A stretch of 64,000 nucleotides of DNA from Mustelus asterias (lineage: Eukaryota): the NCBI RefSeq assembly GCF_964213995.1, contig NW_027590141.1, forward strand, positions 1,054,001 through 1,118,000, given 5' to 3'. This document shows positions 50,112 to 62,939 of the stretch, one piece after another (the stretch's first letter is position 1; the number at the start of each line of letters is the position of its first letter). Position numbers and translations under genes: made by a program. The notes beneath the pieces were generated by a model, which searched no databases, had not been told where the DNA came from, and worked only from the letters and a program-made list of their open reading frames with translations.

Positions 50112-50269
50112 GTAAGTGTTGTGGAACTTGGGCAAGACAGGAACGCTCTGATTGAACTGTATAAGGCTTTAGTTATAACTGATATGTAGCACTCTGAAAA
50201 ATTGAATTATGCAAAATCCAGGTAAGTGCCTCCTGACTGAAAAGTTGCTCAGAACCAAAGAACAACAGA

Positions 50270-50990
50270 AATGTTACTGTGCAGCATGAGGCCATTTAGC
50301 CCATCATGTCTGTGCTGGCCAAAAGGGAGAACAAATAAACAAGCCTGACAAAGTAAGCCTATTTTCCAGCCCTTGCTCCGTAGCATTTCAGCTTAAAGCA
50401 CTTGAGATGCAGATCCAGATACCTTTTAAATGACCATGCTCCCTGGTAATTGAGCCCTCCACTTGGGGAATGAATTATTTCTGCCTACGTCCCTTATTAT
50501 TTTGTGAACCACAATTATGTCACGCCTCAGCCTCCTCTTTTCCTAAAGAGAACAAACCCTGCCGATCCAATCTCGCCTCATGGCGGGAATTTTCAGTCCC
50601 TGGCAACATTCTTGTAAACCTCATCTCTCTCCAGAGTCATTACGTTATTCCTGCAACGTGGTGACCAGAACTGTACAGCAACCTCCAAACGTGGCCTAAC
50701 TAGGTTTTATGCAGCTCCATCATTGTATCACTGTTTTTGCATTCAATATCTCACATAACAGAGGAACTAATCCGATATGCTTTCTTGATCAACTTTTCCA
50801 GCTGCCCTACCATCTACAAGGACCTGTGGACGTGCACTCTAAGGTCTTGCATTTCCTCAATCCCTCTTAACATTCCAGTTTATTGCCTTGCTTTGTTTTC
50901 CCTCCCCAAATGCATTGTGTGGCACTTTTGACGGTTGAATTCCATTCGCCATTTCCCTGCCAATTCAACCAAACCATGGATATAATTCTC
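50270..50990 (-). mobile_element. Old CR1 3' fragment in the CH1-CH2 intron
   Basis: ggtgaccagaactgtaca..ctccaaacgtggcctaac is the reverse complement of VRPRLE..VQFWSP. Confidence 0.6.
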
Positions 50991-51082
50991 AAATCGGCAG
51001 CTATGGTGCTCAAATAAAAGAACTAATTTTAATTGATGTCAATTGAATCTTCAAGTAACGTCTGAACATTTGTTTGTTGAAG

Positions 51083-51394
51083 GCCCACGCGTTCTCCCCC
51101 CAACCGTTATCCTCACCGTGAGTTCCAGTGAAGAAATCACCAGCAGAAAATTTGCAACCATCGTCTGTTCAATCATCGATTTCCAGCCAAAGTCAATGAC
51201 GGTGAAGTGGCTGAAGAATGGACAACCCATGGATTCAGGAATTGTCACCTCTCCCGCCTGTGAAGTGAACGGGAACTTCTCGGCCAGCAGTCGGCTGACA
51301 GTCTCCGCTCAGGAATGGATCAGCAAAGCGGTCTATACCTGCCAGGTCACTCATCAAGGATTCACCCAGAGTCAGAACATCAGCGGATCTCTGG
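51083..51394 (+). CDS. IGHM: IgM CH2 exon
   Basis: gaag|GC CCA: [49 protein letters not shown]; donor G|gtaag. Confidence 0.95.
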
Positions 51395-52314
51395 GTAAGA
51401 GACTCAAACCGACGATAAAATATATAATTTCGATGTTAATCGAAATTAGGGATCTATTAAAGTTAGTACAAAGATAGAACAACTTCTAATTTACTGTCAT
51501 GTGGTTTGCTGCATTGGGACAGTGCCCCATTCAGAATTTCATCACAACAGCAATTTTTGTTATTCCTTCATGAGATGTGCATTTATTTCCCATCCCTGAG
51601 GGCACTTAAGTGTCAACCACATTGCTGTGGATCTGGAGTCACATGCATGCCAGGCCAGATAAAGACAGCAGATTTACTTTTCTAAAGGGCATTCGTGAAC
51701 CAGGTGGGTTTTTACAACAATGGCTTCATGATGATCATTTGACTTTTAATGATAGATTTTTACTAAATTCAAATTTCACCATCTGCAGTGGTGAGATTCG
51801 AATCTGTGTCCCCAGAGTCGTGCCCTGGGTTACAAGACCATTGGCAACACCACCATGCCACTGCCTCCCCTTGAAATAGTGTTCCCTTCCATTTTGAAGT
51901 AATATAGTAAGCGAGGTGGTCTTGATGTCAGCTTTTTCCTGAGACAGCTGGTAAGATTTGGAGAGACAGTCGGTGTCGGACTGTTTCACAGGTCACAGCA
52001 TAGGGGTAAAATATTGGGAAGTGCATCCACCCTACTTATAAACTAACTGCCAGTACTTGGTTCCTGAGTTCAGGAATGGTATATTTGTTGGGGAATACTG
52101 CAATGTTGATTCATGAGAATGATACCGCTGCTAAAATACTTGAACAAAAAGAGAATAATTTCACAGAGCAGGCTGGTTTTCCATCCTCCATAGAGGTTGA
52201 AAGGTGATAGTTAGAGGTTGATATATCGAAGGCAACTTCGTCTCCTTCAGGCTGAACACTGCTGTCCTGCTTCTGAAGAGGGAACTAGGGTTGATTTTCA
52301 TTTTTCATTCACAG

Positions 52315-52623
52315 ATCCTCCCCAGTGCCCTGATACCACAGTGACGATACAGCCACCACCAATAGAACAGGTCTTACTGGAGGCGACCGTGACCTTAACC
52401 TGCATCATTTCTAATGCTCCTTATGGAGTCAACGTGTCCTGGATCCGAGACAGGAAGTATTTGAAATCAGAGATTGCCGAAAAGCCTGGAGCGGATCCTG
52501 ACAGCGTGGTCAGCAACTTAAACATCTCGACACAAGCCTGGCTGAGTGCGGCTGTGTTTGACTGCGTGGTGAGCCATCAGGATCTGCCGACTCCTTTAAG
52601 AAAATCCATCCACAAGGAAACAG
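52315..52623 (+). CDS. IGHM: IgM CH3 exon
   Basis: acag|AT CCT: [55 protein letters not shown]; donor G|gtgag. Confidence 0.95.
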
Positions 52624-53125
52624 GTGAGCTGAGAGATTGAAGCAATAAATGCGTCACTGTGTCTATTTCCAGTGTCAGTGTACTGGTCAATATTCAGTAT
52701 TCAGTGCATTAATGGTCTCCCCTGAGTGGAAACTCCACTAACTAAAAACTGGGGGTTGTAGATATTTTAACAGGGAAATTTGATGTGTTGATGAATGAAA
52801 AGTGAACTGAAGGCGATGTTATTGGGTTTAGATTGAATAACGAGGGAGGAGCCTGATGTGGAGCATAAAAACCAGAAAACCAAAATTAAAGCCGATCAGT
52901 TGGGCCGAATAGCCTGATTCAGTGCTGTAAAATTTCTGAAACTTCCCAGTCCAGCCCCCTGAGTTATTTGAGAAAATAATTGTGTTCACCTCTGCTCCAA
53001 ATTGGAAGTCAAAAATGGAAACATTTAAAATCGAAAGCGAAGCACATTTTTCTGATATCTCGCCAGTGGTTACATTCTCTCCGGAATTCTCCAGTTTATT
53101 GACATTTATTGTACATTTTCTGCAG

Positions 53126-53517
53126 ATCCAAATCCGCGGGAACCGTTCGTCTCTGTCCTCCTGCCCTCGGCAGAAGAAGTCTCCGCTCAGAGATTCGTCT
53201 CCCTCAGCTGCTTAGTGAGACGTTTCTCCCCTCGAGAGATCTTCGTCAAGTGGACCGTCAACGACAAGCCGGTGAATCCTGGGAACTATAAGAACACCGA
53301 GGTGGTCGCGGAGAGCGGGAATAGCTCCTTCTTCATGTACAGCCTGTTATCCATTGCAGCAGAGGAATGGTCCAGCGGTGCTTCTTACTCCTGTGTGGTG
53401 GGACATGAAGCCATCCCCTTGAAGATCATCAACAGAACAGTTGACAAATCCAGCGGTAAACCCAGTTTTGTGAACATTTCCCTTGCACTGATGGACACCG
53501 TTAATTCATGTCAATGA
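53126..53517 (+). CDS. IGHM: IgM CH4 exon plus secretory tailpiece
   Basis: tgcag|AT CCA: [64 protein letters not shown]; internal donor G|GTAAA after 53455 for the membrane form; N-glycan site NIS and penultimate Cys. Confidence 0.96.
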
Positions 53518-53544
53518 GAATCACTCGGTTACATTAAAAACTTC

Positions 53545-53559
53545 AATAAAAATAATAAA
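53545..53559 (+). terminator. Poly(A) signals of secreted mu mRNA
   Basis: AATAAA at 53545-53550 and 53554-53559, about 30 nt after the stop. Confidence 0.75.
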
Positions 53560-54599
53560 ATCATTTTCCTCTAACGACAAATGAAATATCCAAACGCTTA
53601 ATTGATTGGTTTTCAATTTTACTTCCACTATGTATCTTTGATTTGAGTCAGGTATTTTCATGTCTCGGGCCCAAGCCTTGTTGAACCAGTGCACCCAGCT
53701 CAGATACACCCTGTGTTAGAGACAGAGTAGAGCACATTCATTACAGGATTCTGCAAAATATCTTCACCGACTTTCCTCCCTGAGGAAAACTCCGACAATT
53801 TCAACATTTCTGACAAACACAATTTAGATCTCGGTGTTCCTGCTTCTCTCGTTGTCCATGCCTTTACCATTGATGTCAGCTTTAAGCTGCTGCACCACAC
53901 CCACTGGGAACTGAAGTGAGGGTCACACAGAAACATGGAGCAACAATCCCCCCATCAGAGAGAGGGGAGAGTGAAATTGTTAACATACCGGATTCCTACT
54001 CACCCAACAAAGAGAGGGGAGAGCAGTAGCTAACCCATGTACCACCACTTCCTTAATGAAAAGAGGAGGAATGTCATTATTTAATCCACTCACCTCCACC
54101 TCGTCAGCGGTTAGAACCATCAGGCACCGGGTAGAGTGAGGGAAATTATGAGCTCACTCCCTCCCTCTTCGCAAGTAACGTGTTTGGAAGGGACCAGCTC
54201 TCTACTCAAAGAACCCAGTTGCCAACAGTATAAATTAGCTTCTGGTTTATTTGCTGCAGAGTTTGAAGTATCATTATCTTAATCAATGTGATGCATATAT
54301 ACTTATGCAACATAATTTTAAAATGTTTCTGTACTCTTATTCCTGTTAATCATGTCCTGGCATTGATTTCCCATAATGCAAATTGAAACAAATGATTGAA
54401 TCTTCCCCGGTTTTTACTGTTCTGTCCCTGATGTTTCTGAGATGCATCAATGAATGATTTCATTCTTTCTCCTGATATCACCGTGCCACTCACATAAACT
54501 ACATTCATACAGCAAAATATTGAAAATATGCTCCATTATTCGTATTGTTTGGATCATTTTTAGTTAATGATTGTGGTGAAACTTGGAGCAACAGCTAAA

Positions 54600-55078
54600 A
54601 AATACACACACTGACAATACTCCACAAAACTGTCACAATTATAAATACACACATAAGCGCACACACACACACTCACACTCACACACATACACACACATCG
54701 ACACAAATGCACAACTGCACACACAAATGCACATACTCACACATATGCACACAAATACAGAAAGACACATGTAAATATACACACACAAACGCATGCACAT
54801 ACCCCCACACACATCCATATACAGAAATAGGGATAGGCACATTCAAATACAGACACAGAAACACACAAATACACAACAGATACACTTTCACACACCATAG
54901 GTACACTCAATACTTGCACAGACGAACACACATGCAGAGAAACAAGAATGCACACACAAATGCACTCATGGGCAACACATGCACAAACAGAAATACACAC
55001 TTACACAAATACACCCACACAAAAATACACCCATACACAAACACATCCGTACACAAATATACATAGGGACACACCCAT

Positions 55079-55111
<33 letters not shown>

Positions 55112-56150
55112 TACACACGCACACATACACACACACACACATACGAACACATAGACACGCGCTCTTGTACAAACAGACACTAAAACAACAACACACACAC
55201 ACATAATCAAATATGTACAAACGCACACATGTACACATGAAACACACAAGTACATACACATACACATACGTGAGTAGGTACAGACCCAAACACAAACACA
55301 TACATGCATAGACACAATAGACAGATACACACGCATGCAGACCCACATAAATACACAAGCACATACTTAGACTCAAATAAATACATATATTAGCACACGT
55401 TCACGCTGATAGGAATATAGATATAAAGACACACAATGTTATACACATTCACAAACATATATGGAAATACATATAAACAAATCACCAGACTGCATACAGA
55501 AGAACGGACAGCAAAACATTTACACACAAACATGTAGACGCAAACATTAACATGCTCACAGAACAGAACACCATAGCACACATTACTACACATCGAAACA
55601 CAAATATACATCAACGCACCGTTATAAAGAATTTCAACACGTGTATACATACACTGACATGTCAACAGGCGTGCACACAGACACATGGAGAAACAGACGC
55701 ACACAGAAAGGGAAACAGTAAGTAGTCACCTGATGAAGGGGCAATGCTCCGAAAGCTCGTGCAACCAAATAAATCTGTTGGACTTTAACCTGGTGCTGTG
55801 AGAGTACTTACTGTGCCGACCCCAGTCCAACGCCGGCAACTCCACAGAAAGGGAAACAAACATTATTAAAGTGACAGAAATTAACACATAGCAATAGGCA
55901 TAAACACATGTGCACGCATTAATAGTGGCATTAATATATATTCATAGACTTCACACAATAATAGTCATATATACACAATGACAAAAGAATAAAATATGCG
56001 CACAGATGCAGACACACAACTACACAATCAACAATCACTGGCAAATGTAGGCGCACATTAACACTCATAATCACATATTAACTCAGAGCCAAAGATTAAT
56101 GCAGAGCACGAGATGCTCATGCACACGCACACAAATGCAAAATCTTCAAT
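54600..56150. repeat. (CA)-rich low-complexity tract in the CH4-TM intron
   Basis: Direct inspection. Confidence 0.9.
55718..55842 (+). mobile_element. Penelope-like short element with well-preserved minimal hammerhead motif
   Basis: cac-CTGATGA-a-ggggc-aat-gctcc-GAA-agct-c-gtg (55727-55761); 16-bp direct repeat cacagaaagggaaaca at 55702-55717 and 55843-55858. Confidence 0.72.
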
Positions 56151-56714
56151 ACAAACGGTAGGCAAATGATGAAAGTAAAATTTAAACGTGACTTTTTAAT
56201 GGAGATATCCACAGATTTATTATCCCAATGTCCAATGAACAGATAAACACGTTGAGAAACTGAATTAAGCTCACGATCTACTAAACATTTCCACCATAAA
56301 GAAGCACAGATCGGAAATTACATCCCAACTCTTAAACAACAACATTCACAGTTTACAGATCAGTAACCATCTGTGAAAATAATCATTGATTAGTGAACGT
56401 TCCTCGATATCAGTGATAATATTCTTCAATAAGGGATAGTTCCGAATTGTCAAAAAATCAACTGATTTTCAATTAAACATCTTCAGTGCTTTCTGACATG
56501 GACTGTCCAAGGAATGTCAATAAAGATCAGGTGTGAAAATAGTTACGGAGATCGGTTACTGAGTGTCCTGAGCTTAAGAGGAGGTATACATTGAAAATTA
56601 AGTTCAAGAATAAATGATCAGTTTAAAAAGGAGAACTGGGAAAAGAAAAATAACAATAACATTAGCTGGATAAATAAAGTAATCTAATTTCATATCCTGG
56701 TCTCCATCCCCTAG

Positions 56715-56842
56715 ACTCAACCGACCGCATCTGGATTGAAGACAATGAGGATGATAACAGTAACATCTGGACAACGGCTTCCACATTCATTGTCCTGTTC
56801 TTCCTGAGCATTTTCTACAGCACTGCGGTCACTCTGGTGAAG
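56715..56842 (+). CDS. IGHM: IgM TM1 exon (missed by the ORF track)
   Basis: cctag|AC TCA: [43 protein letters not shown] with the antigen-receptor TM (CART) residues; donor AAG|gtgag. Confidence 0.95.
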
Positions 56843-56978
56843 GTGAGATGATTGAATGCACTCACATATCAAACTGACAGAATGGATTTGAAAAATCTCT
56901 CAATGTTCCATTAAAAACTCTAACTTTAATGTCCCGCATCATAAACATCTGCTTCATTATTGTATCTTTCTTTTACAG

Positions 56979-56987
56979 ATCAAGTGA
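56979..56987 (+). CDS. IGHM: IgM TM2 exon (IK-stop; cytoplasmic tail KIK)
   Basis: Polypyrimidine tract ttttacag|ATC AAG TGA. Confidence 0.88.
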   Translation: MK

Positions 56988-57439
56988 TGGGTTGATTTTT
57001 GGATGCTGCAGATTTCCCTCAGCTGATTATTATGATCTCCGTATGACACAAATACAATATCTGCCCTTGGTGACTCTATCAGTAAAATTCTCTCAGTTTA
57101 TCATTCTGAATCTGTAACTGAGACAATCATAGACGGTATTTCAGTTTTCAGAGTGAAAAGCACGAGGCATTTTTTGTTATAATGTAATTGTGGTTAACAG
57201 TTTCCCCATAGTTTAAATATCATGTATAAATAAGAAACTTTTCTCATTCCTTATCCATATTTGTTAATTCCTCTTTCTATTAAGGTCCTGTTTTCTCTTT
57301 CTGGTGTATGTAACAGATGTACAAATATTGACGGATTCCCTGTGCATGTGTTGTGTTCTCAATGTGAAGCTCGATCGTTAAATTCACTTTTCTAACTTTA
57401 AAAAATAATGTCGCTGTAAAATATTCTCTGAATTTTTAA

Positions 57440-57445
57440 AATAAA
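57440..57445 (+). terminator. Probable poly(A) signal of membrane mu mRNA
   Basis: AATAAA about 450 nt after the TM2 stop, in AT-rich UTR-like sequence. Confidence 0.55.
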
Positions 57446-58924
57446 TATTGAATGAAAATTTAACCATCTCTGGCTTGGCTTAATTCCGTTTTCCAAAGCC
57501 CATCAACTCCGCCCCATATTCCATGTTATACGGTTTCCCCTCTTTCCCAGACATGTCTGTTCCCCAGTCCTGTGCGGGATGTGTTTGAACTCAAGGCCGT
57601 TCAGGGAAAGAGTCACTGCGCCACCCAGTGGCCAATCCGTATAAAGACACCTTCATCTCTGCCTTTTTATGATAAAATCCAGAGACAGAGCGAGTGAAGA
57701 ATGAGAAGAACCGCGGTGATTTCACTCATAAACTGGTCTGTCACTGACCGAGTTTCAGGTAATTCTAAAAAGCAAAGGCTCTGTTTCATCAGAGGCCGAT
57801 GCAGGACAGTGTGTGGCAGAAGATAGTTTCCTTTACACTGCCCCTTAAAAAAACTATCAGTGTCGCTGCAGCGTGGGTTAACAGTGTGAATCTCTCTATA
57901 TTTCGTCCGATGAAATACTTACAAGGCAGACATGCCACAAGCTAGATAGAGAACACATACAGAGCAGAGGTGCAAACCATGAGGTGAAACCAAGAGACTG
58001 AGGTGCATTTCACATAAGCACATAATAGATTACAAATTTCCAAATTAAGGCGAGTGCTATGGGATAATTTGAGATGACCAATACTGTATTTAACTACAGA
58101 CGATATAAAACTCACGTGGCAGATATCTCTGTGTAAGGACGGAACATTTATTTAAAACAAAAACAGAACTATCAGCTGCTTGGAGATGACCAAAAGGGCT
58201 AAATAGCTCTGGAACCGAGCGGCAGGATCTTTCCGATGCATCTAACGTGTACCATCAATAACAGATCAATTATAGATTTTCGTACCGATCGTTCCGACCT
58301 CATATTAGTTTAAGAATCAATTACGTTCAGTAAACATACATCAATAATAATTCCTGACAAGTTGCTCAGCCAATCGCATTTTACAACACAGCATAATGAT
58401 ATCTCCTTCATCCATTTAAATCGGAGGCTGACTCATCTGTAATCAGTATCTGGGAGAATCAGGAAGGTGAGATAGAGTCATAGAGTCACAGAGGTATAAG
58501 CATGCAAACAGGCCCTTCGGCCCAACATGTCCATGCCGCCCTTTTTAACGACATACAGAGATACCTGCCTCATGAGTTTTACATTAAATTAAAACATAAT
58601 TGGCCATCTCAAATTACCCCACAACAGAGCAGGTGAGGATAACCGATGATCCAAAGGGAAACTTACTGAGATGCTGCTTTCCAACAGGAAGTGGATCCTG
58701 AAACTGTCGGAACATCTACTGGAGTTGAGGAAAGATACCTGCGCTGCAATGAATGTGATAATCCTGACAGCCTTAGGATGGAGTCAATCTTTATTTGGTG
58801 TAGATTTATTCACAGAGTGAAACATTACAGGTGTATACCTCCTAACTCCAGGCACCATCACTAACTGTCCCTTTATAGATCCAATCAATAACCTCCATGT
58901 AGTTCACCTTAATCGATACAATTA

Positions 58925-60370
58925 ACACCCACAGTCAGAGCATCAAGAAAGGCTCCAATCAGTGTGACTGCCCGAGTGTCCCAGCAGCTCCGATGACCAA
59001 GTGACTCCCATCCACACATTAGCTTTTATTAACAGGGGTTGGAGTTTAAGAGCCGTGGGGTTATGCTGCAACTGTACAGGACCTTGGTGAGACCACATTT
59101 GGAATATTGTGTGCAGTTCTGGTCACCTCACTATAAGAAGGATGTGGAAGCGCTGGAAAGAGTGCAGAGGAAATTTACCAGGATGCTGCCTGGTTTGGAG
59201 GGTAGGTCTTATGAGGAAAGGTTGAGGGAGCTAGGGCTGTTCTCTCTGGAGCGGAGGAGGCTGAGGGGAGACTTAATAGAGGTTTATAAAATGATGAAGG
59301 GGATAGATAGAGTGAACGTTCAAAGACTATTTCCTCGGGTGGATGGAGCTATTACAAGGGGGCATAACTATAGGGTTCGTGGTGGGAGATACAGGAAGGA
59401 TATCAGAGGTAGGTTCTTTACGCAGAGAGTGGTTGGGGTGTGGAATGGACTGCCTGCAGTGATAGTGGAGTCAGACACTTTAGGAACATTTAAGCGGTTA
59501 TTGGATAGGCACATGGAGCACACCAGGATGATAGGGAGTGGGATAGCTTGATCTTGGTTTCGGATAAAGCTCGGCACAACATCGTCGGCCGAAAGGCCTG
59601 TTCTGTGCTGTAGTGTTCTATATGTTCACACACAGGGTGGGTGAAAGGCCTCTCCCCAGTGTGAACTCGCCAATGGCTCAGTCGCTTGGATGATGTTCGA
59701 AACCTCCTTGTGCAGTGAGAGCAGCAGAACGGTCTCTCCCCAGTATGAATGCACTGGTGGATCTTCAGGTCGGCAGAGTTTCTGAAACAACTCCCACAAT
59801 CAGAGCATTTAAAGGTTTTCTCATTGGTGGGGAGTGCACTGGTGTCTCAGCAGATTGGATAACTGAGTGAATCCCTTCCTACACTCAGAGTAGGGGAATG
59901 GCCTCTTTCCCGTGTGAATGCGCTGGTATATCAGCAGGGTTGATGAGTCATTGAGTCCCTTCCCACACTCAGAACAAGTGAACGGTTTCTCCCCAGTGTG
60001 AACTTGCTGGTATATCAGCAGAATGGAGGAATTACTGAATCTCTTCCCCCATACAGAGCAGGTGAATGGCCTCTCCCTAGTGTGAACTCGCTGGTGTCGC
60101 TGCAGAGTGGATGAATCAATGAATCCCTTCCCACACACAGAGCAGGTGAATGGCCTCTCCCCAGTGTGAACTCGCTGGTGTTGCTGCAGAGTGGATGAAT
60201 CAATGAATCCCTTCCCCCACACAGATTAGATGAACAGCTTCTTTCTGCTGTGCCTGGGTCGATGGGTTTCCAGTTCACAGGGGGCATGGAATCCTTTCCT
60301 ACAATCCCCACATTTCCATCATATCTTCAGGGTATGGACGGCCTTGTAACTCTCCAGGTTTGACGATTTG
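58925..60370 (-). pseudogene. Degenerate C2H2 zinc-finger array, split by a CR1 insertion
   Basis: ORF 59821-60222 with [16 protein letters not shown] repeats, lost Cys/His, frameshifts; finger sequence resumes at 59018-58925 beyond the LINE. Confidence 0.82.
59019..59626 (+). mobile_element. Young CR1 3' fragment
   Basis: ORF 59039-59551, 158/162 aa identical to 6612-7100; short TSD cacaca at 59013-59018 / 59627-59632. Confidence 0.93.
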
Positions 60371-60374
60371 GTTC

Positions 60375-60790
60375 CCTGGATTTAGTTCTCCAACCTTCAC
60401 CTTAAAGGGAATATACCCTGACATTGCCCGCAATAGATTTTCCTTAAAGGTGGCCCATTGTTCAGCCAGCGGCTTTTCTGCCAACATTTGATTCCAACTC
60501 ACTCGACTCAGGTCCATTCTCATCCTATCGAAGGTGAGGCTTTTCCTTGATTAATTATCCCCGTTCTGGATCGTTCCTTGTCCTTTTCCATGGCCAACCT
60601 GAACATTATGATACAATGGTCACTCTCCCCTCAATGCTCTCCCACTGATATTTGATCCACTTGGGCCAACTCATTCCCCAGAACCAGGTCCAGCAGTGCC
60701 TGCCCTCTCATTGGAGCAGAAACACACTGCTGCAGAAAATTATCTTCAACACCTTCCAGGGACTCATGTCCCTCTTGTCCCTTTGCACTA
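60375..60790 (-). mobile_element. Old CR1 endonuclease-region fragment
   Basis: DNFLQQCVSAPMRGQALLDLVLGNE..GEH translation. Confidence 0.75.
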
Positions 60791-61329
60791 TTTGGTTTTG
60801 TAATTGGTCTGTTCAAATGTTGGCTCGGCAATGATTGGGTTAAATCAGTCTCCATAGACTTTGTGACGTAACAAAGTATAAGAAGGGCTTCACCGAGCAC
60901 AGAGATTTGTCGAGGTTTTACATTTTGCATTGACTGGTGCCATGGCATCTGGGGCAGAGCAGGGAGCATTTCCGTGGAGATGCTGCTTCTACCCAGAGTG
61001 TAATGGTAATGCTGCTGCACTTTGATACGACTGCTCAGACATTAGCCTGTGTCAGCTCTTATTGATACTGAATAAAATCTAACCACTGTCACCAATAAGG
61101 GTTATCACTGGGAATCATTTCAGAGTTTGGGAAAAGGGGAGAAAGGGTTAATTGACTCCCTGAACCCCATTTTCTAACATCGCTGTGTCAAAAATAAAAT
61201 CTCATCTCCCCCTCTGGCTCTTTTGCCAATTACCTTAGAGGGACTCACTTTCTGTTAAAGAGCCTGCCAATGAGCCCAGTCCCGGATGTGATTAACAGCA
61301 GCAATAACAGCAGAATTCAACCCCTGAGA

Positions 61330-62063
61330 TCACTTGTGAACTCGTTGGTGTGTCTGCAGGTGGGATGACTGAGTGAACCCGTTCTCACACAAGGTGCAGG
61401 TGAATGGCCTCTCCCCAGTATGAACTCGCTGGTGTCTCTGCAGATTGGTTAACTGAGTGAATCCTTTTCCACAGGCAGAGCAAGTGAATTGTTTCTCCCC
61501 AGTGTGAACTCGCTGGTGTACCCGCAGATAGGATGACATTCTAAATCTCTTTGAGCAGTGAGAGCAACTGAACGGTCTCTCCTCAGTGTGAATGCGCTGG
61601 TGGGACATCAGAACCTGAGAGCTTTTGAAGTCGCTCCCACATTCAGAGCATTTATAGGGTCTCTCATTGCTGTGAGTGACTCTGTGTCTGCGCATGCTGG
61701 ATAACCAAGTGAATCCTTTCCCACACACAGGACAGTTGAACGGCCTCTCCCCGGAATGTACTCGCTGGTGTATCCGCAGGCTGGATAAGTCAGTGAATCC
61801 CTTCCCACACACAGGACAGGTAAACGGTCTCTCCGCAGTGTGAATTTGCTGGTGTGTCTGCAGATGACATAACTGAGTAAATCCGGTACCACAATCAGAA
61901 CAGGTGAATGGTCTCTTCCCTGTGTGAATTCGTTGGTGTGTTTGCAGGTTGGATGAATCATAGAATCCCTTCCCACACACAGAGCAGGTGAACGGCCGCT
62001 CCCCAGTGTGAATGGGGACCTGAATCCCTTCCCACAGTCCCCACATTTCCACGGTTTCTCCAT
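61330..62063 (-). pseudogene. C2H2 zinc-finger gene, 8 intact fingers, first finger broken by a frameshifting deletion
   Basis: ATG 62063 [17 protein letters not shown], then shift into [17 protein letters not shown].. (ORF 61330-62052); upstream acceptor near 62422 and donor near 62844 on the - strand. Confidence 0.8.
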
Positions 62064-62939
62064 GGTGCAGGTTTCCTTGTGACCTTGTGACTCTCCAGGT
62101 TAAACAATCAGTTAAATCTCACACAGAACACGGGTACAGTCTCTCCCTGCTGTGAATGCCGCAATGTTTTTTTCACTGATTAAAGCTCTTTCCACAGTCA
62201 GTGCACTGGAACACTCTCACTCGGGTGTGTGCGTGAGACTTGGTAAATTCTCAGTCACGCTGATGTTTAAAATCTCCAGAAGCAAAAAGAACAGAGAAAT
62301 ATTTCTCCTTCCAGATACAAAGGCTGATGATGTTCAGGACATGATGAATTGAATAACTGTCAGATATTGATGTGACATTTGCTTTGAGATTACTGTCTGT
62401 AAATCCTCACCTTCTGATATTCTGTAAAAGGAATTTATTGAAGTCATCACTGTCAATACAAGATAGAAATTCAGAACAGACAATTCTACTTTCTGTGGAA
62501 CATTCTTTCCTCCCTCATTCCCCAAAAGCTGTGAATCTCCATCCCACACACTCTCCCTCCATTCTCACTCCGCTGTATCTAATATTCACCCTCCCAATTC
62601 TCCTGAAGGTGCTGATTGAGGCTGATTGACAGATCCATGCTCACTGCTTCCTGTCCTGGACACAGAGAGCTGAAAATCTCCATGCAGGCTGCCAGATAGA
62701 TAAATGTCTACATTACTGGAGTAAAAATGTGTGGAATGTACAGACTGGATTCACTTCCTTTCCCTTCAGTTGCTGCAAGTCCCCAATTTTCCCCAGAATG
62801 AGAAAATAAATTGAAAGAGGGAGAAAAGAAAGTGTTTTACTCACAGATATTAGAGAGAGCAGGAAGATTTTGTCTGACTGCATCTCCATGTTCATTCACA
62901 AAACGCCCGCACTCTGATTGCTGGAGGACCAGAGTCCTT

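Noticed and set aside
54376-54383. Octamer ATGCAAAT downstream of CH4
   Set aside because: Isolated; compatible with chance frequency in AT-rich sequence
54583-55704. Many overlapping CV/HT-rich ORFs
   Set aside because: (CA)n microsatellite artefacts
36945-56987. Assignment as IgW, IgNAR or TCR
   Set aside because: Four C domains with a CH1 light-chain Cys, mu-type tailpiece, WGQG J and two D segments fit IgM
56979-56987. Cytoplasmic tail KIK instead of KVK
   Set aside because: Conservative substitution, not enough to claim a functional difference
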